From Trichoplax sp. H2 (taxonomy: Eukaryota): a DNA stretch of 64,000 bases. The notes beneath the pieces were generated by a model that was not told the DNA's origin, made no database searches, and saw only the letters and a list, made by a program, of their open reading frames with translations. Location of the stretch: assembly GCA_003344405.1 (NCBI GenBank), contig NOWV01000115.1, positions 62,001 through 126,000 of the forward strand, written 5' to 3'. A program made the position numbers and the translations under genes. Of the stretch, positions 15,012 through 28,353 are shown piece by piece. The first letter of the stretch is position 1. Each line of letters opens with the position of its first letter.

Positions 15012-15306
15012 TGTCACGGTACGCCGTTACTAATTAAGTAACTGTAAATTAATGAATGCTTATGAATAGATAAGATAAGGTTATGTGCTATGTTTTAATG
15101 CGCTTGCAGCTGATAATAGGATGGTAGAAATGAGATAAAAATAGAAGTTGTTAGCAGTTAATTTACTGCAGGTTTATAAGGTATGTTAATCTCTAAAAAT
15201 TGAGCTGTATATGGACGAAGGTTAAGCGTCTTAACACCTGATAGCTTGTAGCTATCTAAATCTGAGAATATCGACATGTATATTTAGTAATGGTATTATA
15301 CTAATT
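15012..15306 (+). mobile_element. Left part of an LTR-like element running into an assembly gap; absent from the alternate haplotype
   Basis: Begins TGTCACGGTACG, the same 12 nt as family B, after GCAGC; internal GTTTATAAG. The flank 14804-15011 recurs at 15327-15534 and continues there without the element. Confidence 0.75.
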
Positions 15307-16009
15307 NNNNNNNNNNNNNNNNNNNNCGAAAACATGCTCATGTAAAGTTCCCTTACTTATGCAAATTGTGTGATGTCGATGTGATACTTTCCTGTAATGA
15401 AATTAATGCAATCCAAATGTGATTTCAATAGCAAATAAATTGTCCATTTTAACAGCTTCCTCGTGATATTCTTCTGTTTACTATATTTATATTTTGAATC
15501 AATCTTAATTTTCTGCTACATTACTTTATGCAGCGTAGTTAGATCTTCAGATCTAGGTAATTGCTGGCACATGCATGCTCTAAGTATATTGAATTATAGC
15601 AGATAAGCAATGTATGATTATCGTTGTCAGTTTTATGCAGAATTTTTATTCATTAAATATTACAATAACGTAAAAAAGTGTGCATAATGAGAACGAATTA
15701 GCCATTAAATTAAGTTGTACAATATTTTGTGATTAAATGGCTAAGTAATTTGCGTCTTTAAATTAAATAGTAATCTTAAAATACCTAGTATTAAATGTAT
15801 AAATTTCTAATAAATTGCTGTATTAACGCTGTTCATCAATTAATTCGGTAAAATAGTATTTGCTCATGTCAAGGAGTAGATCATCCATATAATAACCACG
15901 TTAATTTTAGAGTACGAATTGACCTAATTAGCGATGTTTTTATGTCATTTAATCCGTCTCAGCCCATCGTATGTAATAATTTGAATTGGCTATCTAACAA
16001 ATTACTGAA

Positions 16010-19000
16010 TTAAATTTGATCAATGTTTAATGCTTCATCAATTTTCTTAAAAGATTTCATGACATCTTCTCTAAAAGCCATGAATTGTTCTGTTAAAAAT
16101 TCAATTCTAAAAAATTTAAAAATACGATGTTGAATTTGAATCCAAAGATTATTTAAGATATGATTCAATGTCCTTTATTGTTTGCAACTTCTTATCTTGT
16201 TAATAAATTATGCTTTAACAGAATAAATTGATTTAGAATTTAAAGCGTGCAAGTAGCTGGCACTAATAATAACTAAACTTAAGAAACCTCGCACCTTTTT
16301 TCTTGATTGCCTATTCGTTCAATTGCTGATACAAATTTGGGATCCGCTGATGTAATATCAGATTTATTAATAGCACTGGTAGACTCCATGTTCTTATTAT
16401 CGGCCTAAAGCGATAACATATACGTATTTCTGTGAGTTTATAGCTCGACTGGTTTAACTAATGGCCCACAGTATTTGCACCATTATTTCTAGTAGAGTTT
16501 AAACTAAGCAATAATGAGGACAAATCGTATTTTCGTCATATTTACCTGGTTCAGTTTTTTGGTATATTTGTCCGTGTGGCCTCGCTTATAAAAACGATTT
16601 CTAAATCTTAACGGCAATGTCCTTTCGAGATCATCCAAATATTCTACGCGCGATGATAACAATCGAAATCCTGCTTCTCGCCTTACTTTATCAATATCAC
16701 CGACAGCTAGACCAACCTATTAAAGATAATTAAATATGTACGTTACCTGACAATACTCATCGTAATTTATCTGATTTCAACTTCTTAAAGCAGAATCGTC
16801 ATCATAAATTTACCATTAAATTCGTAAGGACGATAGGCATCAAAAATATAAATATCACAATCATTACTAATGCTGTAACGCTTTTAGGAAGCGGAATTTT
16901 ATTTTTTTGGATCTGGCTCATCCAGGAATCAGTATATTCCATTTCACCAATCATCATGTTAAGGACTGTAACTGTGCTAATGGGGATACTGTAATAGGTC
17001 GACTGAAGGATATATGAACAATAAACAGGCAATTAGTGATGTAAGAATATAATCAATGACATAAAATATCGATACACATACTGAAATTCAATCTAAATAG
17101 GACTTATAATAATTATGTTGAGTCTGTATGTATTAATGCAAACTTGTGTTGGATTTAATGTGTAGAAGCTAATCCCGAATGCCAAGGCCAATATAAAGAC
17201 GATTCCCGATATCTGAAATTTGTAAGTGAAGAATCGGTTATAATATCTAGATACATTTATACTTGACTAAAATTAACACTAGCTTTCTAACTAACAACAA
17301 TAGATTTAAAAGTTAAGTAGGAGGAACTTGTCTAAATAATTGGATTCAAATATCATAATTAAAAAATTCAGATGAGAAACAAACTTTTAATACAGTCGCC
17401 ATGACGGATTGTAGCATTAATATGTAGATGCCAATGAAATCTAATCTGAATTGTTATGAAAATATTATTTTACCAAAAGAGATCTATTCTATATTGAAAT
17501 GGGGAAAAAATTAATCATACCTTTCCATATGGAATAATAAATTGACATAGGCTAAAAATATCAGTATAGTATAGATATTGAGGACATTTTCATAGTTTGC
17601 GATGTTTGTAGCTGCCAGAAGCAATGAATAAAGGGCGATATCCAAGTAATTTGAAAACGACTTGAAATAATTTAGTCTCTGAAATAGTAAGAAATAATAA
17701 CATTGTCAACTCATCACCTACCGTATGTTTTAAAAATATTAAAACTATGTTGAAGATAGTAAGGTGGATAACTATTTTATTGTTGCGATATGATGCGATA
17801 GGTTATAGTTCAAGCAATTTATTAGCAACAAGTTTATTATAATCAGATAGGAGTTTTCGAAAAAAATGCTCGTTCTAAGACATAGAAGATCAATGTGCGG
17901 TATTGTATTTATCGTACACCACTATTTACATGAAACGTTACACTTCTATTAATGTCGAAAATTATAAGATGTTGGGCATCTTCACAAATACAGAACATCA
18001 ATTTGCATAGACTTTGTAATTACTTAACGACTACTATTGCTTATTCACAATATCTAATATTGCGAATCAGCAATCTACTATTGTTAGCAAAGCTATAGGA
18101 TCTATTATTAAATAACAAATTATATTAACTAAAGTGTTAGCGGCAATTTACAAAATCAGGCATTTTGCTGAATACCTAAAGCATTTCAGGTATTTTGCAA
18201 AGTAATTGATTTGGCAAATTGCCGTTAAATGATATATGACTACAGTAGTACTTAAACAGCTAAACTATTTATAAACCGTACATCTAATATAACTGAGAAT
18301 GTTTATTCTATACGAAAAATATGGAATATCCTTCATTTCCGTTATTGAAAGCTATCTTATAATATAATTTTTTACTTTTTTTACCTGATGAAATAACTGG
18401 TAAGCTTCTAATACCACATTTATGTATGCAAATACCGTCATACATGTTTCCATGAATGCATAAATTGGTGTATCCTAAACGATTAATTTACGGCAAATAA
18501 TGTGATTCTGATTATAATTGTAGTTGCGATATTATTAAATTTATGGGAACAGAAAGGATGAAACTTTGGATTTACATACTATTAGCGTAGCTTTCAGCAG
18601 TATTTTAACACACTGCAACTTACAAAAATCGCATAATATTTCTTCGGAGAGTCTGGAAGTGGCTCATATGTTGTTACCAAATCGCTTTGTGTAGTTGGTG
18701 GAGCATCAGTCTTGCTAATTGATGCAGATGGCTGATTAGTGCTAGATACTACTTGAGAAGGTGTAATATTAGGATCACTTAACGCCTTTCCTTGACGTTT
18801 ACGCGCCATTAGTGATGAATCGATTGAATGAGATATCGATGGACGAATGAGGTTGGGATCTGGTCCTTTAGAAGGCTGAAGATGATTATCAGAAATCGAT
18901 GAAGATAGCCAATCAGGTACAAAAACTGACACTAAAATAAAAAAATGTCAAATGAGGTAAATTAATTGATGGAGATTTATTGAATCGATTATCTTCTCTT

Positions 19001-22000
19001 CGCATAACGCCCGACATTATGTTAATAACTTATGTGGAATACCTACCGGAATAAAGGTCTTGCCTGTACGAAGCATCTACCGTAGGTGTAACCGTATAGA
19101 CTGTACTAGATATACCAGTTCCAGGCTTTAATCCTAGACCACGAATTGCTTCTCTTGGCATATAGTATACTCTATAGTCTTCGGCAATAATTCCATAGCA
19201 TGATAGGCAAATTAAAAAGATTAGATATACACCGAGGTTGATGTAGTAGAAGTATTGGCCAAATTTTCGCCTAGGATTTGCAAAAGAGGGTAATCGATCA
19301 GGATTCTTTTAGAAAGTGACATAACTACTGTTATGTTACTGTAGTGCAGCCCCAAATATAGCTTAGATTATTATTATAAGACTGTACGAGAATAACTTAA
19401 CTTGTAAGCTAGAGTGTAAGATTGTGTAAGAGTCTATTGCGATTTAATGGGTAAGATAAGATTTGTTACAGTAAAAGCATTCTGTAACTAATCGTATATA
19501 AATCGTGAATTTTGCTGAAATAAGTAGATTGTCAGATAGTCAGATAGTCCTTGGTAAGTTAGACGAACCTAACTTCTGTAATAAAGTGAAATTTGCAAGA
19601 AACTGTAGTTCTTGATTTATTGTTTTGAAGATCATTTTATCGCAGTTACATTAGCTACGAGCTATGTATCCGTTTACAAAATGTTTCAATAAAATTGAAT
19701 ATAGTATATTCTTAATTTATATGGTATATCTATTATATGAGGAACTTTTTAGTAACCATTTATTATAAAATTCATGATAGCTTCCTAAATGGATTTCTAG
19801 TTTCAAAAATTGATTAGTTTATAATCATAGTTCACTTCACCTACCACTTTAATTCTCGTAATTTTTCTGCCAACGGATGTCTTAATAGATCTACATTTTT
19901 ATATTCCATCATGGTCTAAGCGATAAAATTTAGATATTAATTCCTTCTTCAATGAAATAAATGAATTGATTTACTGTAACTCTAAAGAAGGAAATTATTT
20001 ACTCTTACTGCAATGCTTACAAAGAAGTATAGGGTTAAATAATACTGAACACTTGTTGCGATCAATTTTGTTATTTCATTTCGAAGATTATTTTAAATGT
20101 TTTAAATTTATTAGAATTTCAGAATCGATATGATTTATTCAATGCGTACCGAAAAATTATTTGGTAATCTTGGCAATAATAAATGCTTACAGTTAACGCG
20201 TTATTATTATTTCTTTTTTTTAAATGCTGTCCCTGTAATTCAAATTCAGGTCCAGGGTCTACCAAACTGAAATCATAGGATGTTTCCATTTGCTAGGATA
20301 TAAATAAAATATTACACGACATAGTTAGCATATCTAGCAATTAATATCGTGTATTTATTACGATTTAATTTCTAATTTGGTCTCTGATATTAAACATGAC
20401 ATATTACTTTTGCCATTCCAATTTAAATTTTCGAAAGACCAAAGTAATTTATTAAAATATTTTGAATTCAATTTTACGCCATGCAGACTCAAATCGTATA
20501 CGTTAATTTTAATTATAATATTTCGAAATGGATTAAATAACGCTTCAATGTAACAGTGATGGTTAACTACCTTTTCAACGCCATTCTTTGTTCTGACTAT
20601 ATCTCTAACGTGAGTTTCAATGCATGAATCCATGACTATCTAAGTAATATGAATCAGTGCACAAAAACATTTCAAACATTAAAAAAATTTTAAATTTATA
20701 GTTACCTTTCGGAAGCCTTAACTATTAATATTTTGAGCTATTACCTTGGCTACACTAGGTAAGTGTCTTATCATGTACTGCATAGTAGTTATCCCGTCTT
20801 TATTTACATTTAAGAGTAATTGTCGTCCACTATAATCAAAGTAGATCGAAAATATGAATGTTATGTAGGTGAACAATTTAATTATAGAGAATTTAATAAA
20901 AGATTTTGCTTCTTCGAACAATAATATCGAAGGCAGTTATTAATTGAGACTGTAATCTCTATAATTGCGATTTATACCTGTACTACCTAAAATAGGTATA
21001 GAATGAAGAAGTAATCATAATTTTATGCTCATTGCTTACTATTTATGCTTGAAAAGGATTATAGCAACCATTTCTTGTCTATGTTCTATGGCGTAATCTA
21101 AACTGGTCTTCTTATTTTCATCAGTTGCTAAAGTATCCGCACCATAATCTACAAGTAGCTTTGCTATTTCATGAAATCCTCTGGCGGCAGCTGTATGCAA
21201 TATCGTTTCCTATAACATTTTTTGACATCATAACGCATGAAAATAGTAATTGATAATAAGGGTCATGAAAAAAAAATAAATTGCGAACAATTTTGAAAGT
21301 CTTACTCATTAACTATTAAATTAGAAATAGAAAGTAATGTAAGGCCATTATCTTAACATAATCAATCTAATAAAAGTGTTATCTTATACTAAGAACAATG
21401 ATTCCTACCCCTTTAGAATTTGCGATATTTGGAGAAATGCCATGATTTAATAACAGCTCAACAATACTTGTGTAGCCCTTATTGACCGCAATTTCAATCG
21501 GCGTGATATAACTGCCGTCCCTAATAGTAAGCAATATATGGTGCTTAATTAATCGTTAAAGAACGCGAAATGACAATTGCCTACGATGAATGATCACTCA
21601 TACTTCTGCAGTACTATACAATAAATTTAAGTTAATGGCTAATAATTATACTTGAATCTTCATATCGGCTATATAGAAAATTAGAAATATTGGCAGAAAA
21701 AATGAGGGCGAGCTTACCGTTTCGCAGCATCAGCACCATAATTCAGCAAATACTGAATCGCCTCAAGATGACCACTTATCACAGCAACGTGCAAAGGCGT
21801 TCGTGATCTATCACCAATGCTGTTGATTAAAGAGGGCCCATTTTGGCATATTACTTGAATTGATTGAAGACTGCCACTTCTGAAGTAAATAGAAATACAG
21901 AAATATTCTAATAGAGTAAATCATATACTCGTAATTATTATTTCTTGTAGATGATCAGTTTTTGCGATATTAAATCGTTTTAAATTTTAGAAAGAGTTTC

Positions 22001-25000
22001 TGGTAATTTGATTATTTGAGTTAAGATTTAGGAGTAAAATTTGCATGACAAGTTAGAATAATTTTTTTCTGACGTAGTTAAATCAGTCAGGTAATAAGCA
22101 GTCTCTCATTTACTATGATGTGCTAGCTCTCATCTTTCTCTTATCAAAGCATACCTGCAGGCTAAATGTAACGGGCTGTTATCATCATCATCGACGACGT
22201 CGAGATTACCACCTCGCGAAATTAAGAGCCTTAATACCTACTTATTGAAAATGTAATGAACTTTCTCAAGACCAGGATAATTTGTCATGTATTACCAGAA
22301 TTTCTTAGTGTGTAATGGCTAAATAAATCGTGCTAGTCATACTAAAACGTATTACGGATATTAAAATCAGCCTTGATTGCTATTGCAAAATCTGGAGTGA
22401 TCAGATGGCCTGTTCGCTGTAAAGCGTTATCATCAAGGCCAGCATACATAAAATTTATAATCTAGCTGCTATTTATATCAAATTAGAACAGCAATGTTAA
22501 CGTTAAATATAAAAGTACATCTATATGGTAACTTAAAGGGCCACATTCACCGAATTATATGCACCTATGATACAAAATGTAATCAAAAACTGAGCGTATA
22601 CAGGTTCTAGAACCTCATAACTTCCGGATTCGGCTGCATAATGTATTGCTGCTCTTCCGAGTGAATCAACTTCATTGATGAGTGAATTTGCTCCTCTCTA
22701 TTTAAACCAGATGTAAAAACATGCATGCTTAATTCTTTAAACAAATTTAAAATCAAAGCATTAAAATTCTTTCATAAATCTCTATGTTATTCATTTTTAT
22801 CAAATATTTGTACTTTTATTAACATAACGGATACCTTGAGTAATTCTTCAAGGATTGCAACACGATTATGTATAGCGGCAATGTGAAGAGATGATCGATT
22901 GCGATCATCTTGCGTCAGGTAGTCTGCTTTATTATTTAAAAGATATGTAACAGTTTCCGATTTTCCCTTTTCGATAGCATGTAGTAAAGCCGATTTACGT
23001 TTTCCGTCCATGTTGCTAATCGATGCTCCCTGATGTTTTTAACGTAACGGAAAAGCATTAAGCGAAACTGAACATATCAAAATGTACTGGTAATCTTTTT
23101 CAAGTACATTAAAACATAATAATAATATACCATCATTAGTTAAATACTAATTCGTTTTCTTACGTTCTCTAGTAATATCTTTATAATGCTAATGTGACCA
23201 CAAGATGCAGCAATATGAAAAGCGGTGTTGTAAAATTTATCACGCGCTTCAACATGAGCTCCACTTTCAATTAACACTTTAACTGCTTCGATTTGACCCG
23301 ATGCCGCAGCGATGTGAAGCGGCGTTTGTCCATCTCGCTGTATCATTATTACAAAATTTAATTATAAATAAAGACAATCATTAATTTTAGAAATTGATGC
23401 AGTATGCTATTTAATATTGCAAAGTTTAGGGCTAGGGTTAGTTATAGTCACCCATTACGATGGAAATATACGTAACCCTTAGTCTGATTACTATCTATAT
23501 AGCGTACTTGTGCTGCATGAATGTCGCTTCCGATTTTCAAGCATAGCTTGATAGCCTGTTTAAAGAGAAAGGAATTAATAATATTCTATCATTAAATAAA
23601 TTTTAGATAATTATACTTATATGCACTAACTTCAATACGGCCTTTTTGAGCCGCTCGATGTAAGGGAGTTTGCTGATCGTTATCTGAAGCGTTTATTTGC
23701 TCGATCTCTGGAAAGTTATAATTGGAATGATCCAATAGTATATTGATAAGTTCTACTGAGCCCTTTGCTGCTGCATAGTGAATCGGCATACTACCATCAA
23801 TGGCTTTTTCATTAAGTGTGGCCCCTTTTTCCAACTGCAAGATAAACATACAAAAAAGAATAGTATCCATTATTGATACAAGAAGGAATATCCGATACCG
23901 TAACGTTAAGTATTCACTTAAAAAATATGACTAATATGAATTTGTTACAAAAAATTATTATAATAAAAAGTCCGGTCATAAATTCCAACTAGTCTATTGA
24001 CTTACCAGTAAGGCACATATTTCACTTTTTCCTTTCATGCAAGCCAGATGGAGAGCTGACATTTTATCCTTATCAACATTATTGATTAATAGTGGACTGA
24101 ATTCCAATAAAACCTAATTTAATTAATATATATACAATGATTACTTAGCTATACGATCAATTAATTGATATGATAATTGTGTAAATTTTAATAAGATATG
24201 CGTTGTATTACGTTTATTAAATACAGTATAAACACAACTTATAAAGAAAGTCTTACCAAGGTATAGAGATTGATATTTGACAAGACATAATATATAGAAA
24301 TTATAGATTAACGAACTTGACAAGCTTGCATTTTGCTATGCCGACAGGCAGTATGTAATGGGCCCTCGCCATTAGTATTTGTTAGACTTGTCGAGCCATA
24401 ACGTTCGATTAAAAGGCGAAGTGCCTCGATAGAGTTATATTTGGCAGCAATAAATATGGGCGTTTCATCATCATGTCCAATGCAGTCGATATCTAAAAAT
24501 GTAGATACAAATGTAAATACAAAATATTTTGTATATGCTTTTATTTCATGGCTGACAGACTAAAAAATTAGAGTAATTTATTGAATCGTATATTCCTATT
24601 AGGCATTAATTTTTTCTATCTACTTTGTAGCATAGTGTAATGTAACTTAGTATTGTGACTGTAGACTGTTAGCCATGTTTAGTATAATGCACGGTAGATA
24701 TTTATCCTAAGAGATATTTGGTAGCCATAACTATAGCCTGTAGTGGTATAGACTCTATGCTAGAGTACAGATGACTATATGTAGTATTCGGCTAGAGTAG
24801 AGCTGTGTGTAGTTAATCTTTGTATAAGATTCAATAAAGCCATTATTTTTCTAAAATTTCGAATCTCGTGATCGGTATACATCACACATAGCTCTGTCTC
24901 CAAATTTGATTGATAAATACGCTAGTCTTTCGGTTAATTTCAACCCTTTTATTAACTATGTTAGTGTATATATTTTCGATTACTACGGTAGTTAGTCAAA

Positions 25001-26292
25001 GTCAATCATTTGATGCTAACAAACTAAGTCCTATGCTAGGCCTCGAACACGTCTCCGAGAACTGTACTATGAATTATGACCACAATTATAACAGTAGTCA
25101 ACTTAAAACTGTTACTGAAACTGTTTACTTTCTGTGATATGATTTGCTCGTACCGTACTATGAATTACGATAGTAAATATGACATAGTTAACTTAGAATT
25201 ATAGCTGAAATTGTTCATTTTCTGCTATATGATTTTCTAGTACCGTACTATGAATTATGACAGTAATTATGACAGCAGTTGATTTAAAATTATCGCTGAA
25301 ACTTTTTACTTTCTCGGATATGATTTCCTAGTATTGTATCATAAAATATGACAGTGATGATGACTGTAGTTAACTTAAGATTGTTGCAGAAACTGTTTAT
25401 TTTCGGTGGTGTGATTTCCTAATACCGTGCTATGAATTGTGACGGTAATTATGACTGTAGCTAAATTAAAATAGTTGCTGAAACTGTTTATTTTCGGCGA
25501 TATGATTTTCTAATACCGTACCATGAATTATGGCAGTAATTATGAATTATGACAGTAGTTAACTTGAGATAGTTGCTGAAACTAGTTATTTTCGGTAATG
25601 TGATTTCTTAGTATAATGCTATGACTTATGATAGCAATTAAGACAGTTATTAGGTTAAAAATTGTCACTGAAATTGTTTACTTCTAGTGATGTGATTTCC
25701 TATAACTATTATAGACAGTTAAATATGATTAATTATTATGGTGTTCATCTAAGTGCTTTATAAGCTTAATGATCTATAATAAAGTTGATCTTCATAATTT
25801 CAGATAAAAGATTTAAGCTACAGAGAAACCGGTTACATGCTAGTTCGTTCAAACTTACCAGCACCATATTTAAGTAAACTCTTGATTATTTCTACACGAT
25901 TGTATTTTGCAGCATAGTGTAGAGGAGACATCTCATGTCGATCTAAGCGATTGCATTCAAAGCCATTATGTAATATAGCTTTGCTAAAATAGTGATCTAG
26001 AGCTTCCACATCTCCTGATTTAGCCGCCTAGGTGTTGTACCACAATAAGTAAAATTGAGTACTTGCTCGCAAATTAAGCTTAATGGACATAATTAAAGAT
26101 CGTACTTATCGTTTTCGATATAAATTATAAAAATCATTTTACCCAAAAAAGATCACGAGCAGTGTCCTCGTCTACTAATTTAGACTGGCTAATATAAGAT
26201 CCCATCAGTTCTTCCGGCATAACTTTATTACCGATATCAGTTTGTGATCGAATTTTATTTCGATTCCAGACTCTAACGTTAACCTTCGACAT
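16010..26292 (-). CDS. TRPA1: TRPA (TRPA1-like) ankyrin-repeat cation channel, 27 exons, 1212 aa
   Basis: Manually spliced; all introns GT-AG, phases consistent, 3639 nt including TAA. Exons 5' to 3': 26292-26143, 26027-25859, 24492-24317, 24113-24006, 23834-23631, 23555-23508, 23337-23164, 23029-22835, 22697-22614, 22237-22155, 21879-21718, 21520-21409, 21209-21040, 20829-20745, 20639-20571, 20292-20191, 19915-19845, 19270-19047, 18931-18624, 18474-18385, 17678-17521, 17445-17385, 17212-17144, 17002-16814, 16716-16546, 16404-16295, 16106-16010. Contains 17 ankyrin motifs (SPLHYAA, TPLHIAA...), pre-S1 LLRHPLAEKLRELKW, S4-S5 RLDFIGIYILM, pore NMMIGEMEY and S6/TRP-like MPIVLTNLMVGLAVGDIDKVRREA. 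The family is secure; orthology to TRPA1 proper is untested. Confidence 0.93.
19329..19678 (+). mobile_element. Diverged family-F-related LTR fragment in TRPA intron 17
   Basis: GTAGTGCAGCCCCAAATATAGCTTAGATTA and AGTCCTTGGTA...TGTAATAAAGTGA match the reverse complement of parts of 3740-4103. Ends are approximate and no TSD was identified. Confidence 0.5.
24636..24886 (+). mobile_element. Solo-LTR-like element, family A, internally deleted (251 bp), in TRPA intron 2
   Basis: TGTAATG...CATCACA with a perfect CATAG TSD (24631-24635 / 24887-24891); AATAAA at ~24833; reverse complement of both ends of 34392-34945. Confidence 0.9.
25064..25706. repeat. Minisatellite, 7 diverged copies of a ~91-bp unit, in TRPA intron 2
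   Basis: Unit starts at 25064, 25155, 25245, 25336, 25427, 25518, 25616; consensus approximately GTACTATGAATTATGACAGTAATTATGACAGTAGTTAACTTAAAATTGTTGCTGAAACTGTTTATTTTCxGxGATATGATTTCCTAGTACC. Confidence 0.92.
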
Positions 26293-27586
26293 ATTGATTT
26301 CTTCAATTTCTCAAGTAAATTATCGCAGTAAACAAATTACGATTTATCAAATTAGCCTAAAACATCGAGAGTTAGATTTTAGCTATTTTTATCCAGAGAA
26401 ATCGCAGTAGGGATCGTTATTTTACACAAAAGCTGAAATGATGTCAAAGTCTGCGTACTTCCTGATTTGCTATACATTAAGTAACGTAGATTATATTGTC
26501 GCTTTACAATAACAGTGCAGTAAAAAGTATAATTAACATTGTTTGATCTTCTAAATATAATAGATAATTGTTATTATTCGCTTATAATATTGTATTACAT
26601 TTAAGCTAGGTAAGGTCACCGAAAACAACGCCATAACTAAATTTATTGTATCCGTTGCTTATGTTAGCAGTACTAATATTACTACTTTCTATTAATTCCT
26701 TAGCATAATTTACGCCTTTATGGCAATGGATATAAAATTTAGTTAGAATGACGTACTTGTTTTTTTTACTATTATCAAGTAGAAAGAAATGTCCATAAAA
26801 CAATTAAGTTTTATCTAAGTCAACAATTGCATTTTTATAGGATTAATTTATTTGCATATTACTCATACTGTTTCTGGTTGCTTAGTTACCACTTATTGCA
26901 CTTTTAGTAAGTTGTGTTAATTTTATAGTTCTTTTGCAAATTAAAAGACTTTACTTAATATTAAATATTAAGTAACAGTGATTTCGATGTAGAAATTTAA
27001 TTGGCATTATGAAATTTCTTAAGAGTGCTGCTTTATGATTTTTTAATACCATCCCCTTACAATGAAAGCATCAAATTCTAAAATTGACGAAATAACGGCC
27101 TTTCATTAAAATAAATACTGATAAGCTATAAAGATTGTTGAAGATCGCAGCGTTCAAATTAATAAAAAAATATATTATACGTTATTAAACGCAAAGGAAG
27201 TTACAGGATAATCTTTTCTCATTTGAATTTGTGCAAATTATTCTTTTATATAATGCTAACTGCTGGTATTTCGATGAGCAACTTTAGATAGGCCATGAAT
27301 ACGCTTTTTATTTCAGTATAACTTCGGGTAAGGCAAAACTATTGATGTATTTCTCTACATTCGGTAAAGTGCAATTGATTTATGCCTTAAATTTGTAGAT
27401 TGACAATGATATCCTGTCTTTTATTGATAAATTAGTACAAGAATACAATATTAAGAGTTTTGGATATGAAATTTATGTAGTAAAGGACTAAAAGTAGAGT
27501 CCTTTATAGCTTTTAGGATGTAACTAGTATTATTTTACTGTAGAAAATACCTAGAGAGTGATAGTGTCTTTAAGTTTTACCCTGCC

Positions 27587-28353
27587 TGTTACAGTGTTAA
27601 ATACTGTATTACAATAGAAATAACTATGTTAGGATAATTCTGTTAGACTATCCTTATTTAGTTAACTTCTAATTTGGATATACTGTATTTTAATATAGCA
27701 CTGACTTTTTATGACAGTGACACTTATACACATACTGAAATTAATAGTTATAATAGGGAATGCAAATCATCTGCTTACAGTTCGAATCATTGTGATTGTA
27801 ATTTACTTATAGTAGACTGTAAATTATCATGGAAATGTTCCGTGATAGGACATATCGTAATCTGACTATTCTGTATTAGTCATTATATGTCTATGTTCGT
27901 AAATACNNNNNNNNNNNNNNNNNNNNTAAAAGTAGAGTCCTTTATAGCTTTTAGTATGTAACTAGTATTATTTTACTGTAGAAAATACCTAGAGAGTGAT
28001 AGTGTCTTTAAGTTTTACCCTGCCAAACCATCATGTCGCCATCTTTTCTTCTTCATTATTTTACAAGGTATTATATACATTATTATAAAATAAGGAAATA
28101 TTAATCGGCATTTTGATTTGCTTATCGTATCGTAAAATAAGCCGTATCTAAGATCCCATCTACCACTNNNNNNNNNNNNNNNNNNNNAACTTAGTGTTTA
28201 ATGTAAAATACGAGGCGTTTAAGTCTTTGTGTAGTCTGCTAGTAGAGCAAAAGTGTTTGTGATAGTGCAGATATCGTTCCTTGATACGTGGTTCAAGGAA
28301 TTGACTTATTGATCGTATACTGCGTTATCTTGTTGCAAAGCTGTTTTGTGACA
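27587..28353 (+). mobile_element. Family D LTR-like insertion split by two gaps, with the empty allele (27927-28167) scaffolded in the middle
   Basis: TGTTACA at 27587 and TGTGACA ending at 28353; perfect CTGCC TSD (27582-27586 / 28354-28358). The middle contig has a single CTGCC (28020-28024) joining the two flanks. Confidence 0.9.

Noticed and set aside
22340-22600. Possible additional TRPA exon in intron 9
   Set aside because: Direct splicing of 22614 to 22237 already yields a complete ankyrin repeat (AAESGSYE|VLRLLISRG); no in-phase ankyrin-like exon was found.
24910-25137. 75-aa signal-peptide-like ORF antisense in TRPA intron 2
   Set aside because: TTG start and it runs into the non-triplet minisatellite; no recognisable domain.
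25064-25706. CRISPR-like regularly spaced repeats
   Set aside because: The entire unit is homologous between copies, so there are no unique spacers; eukaryotic intron and no cas genes.
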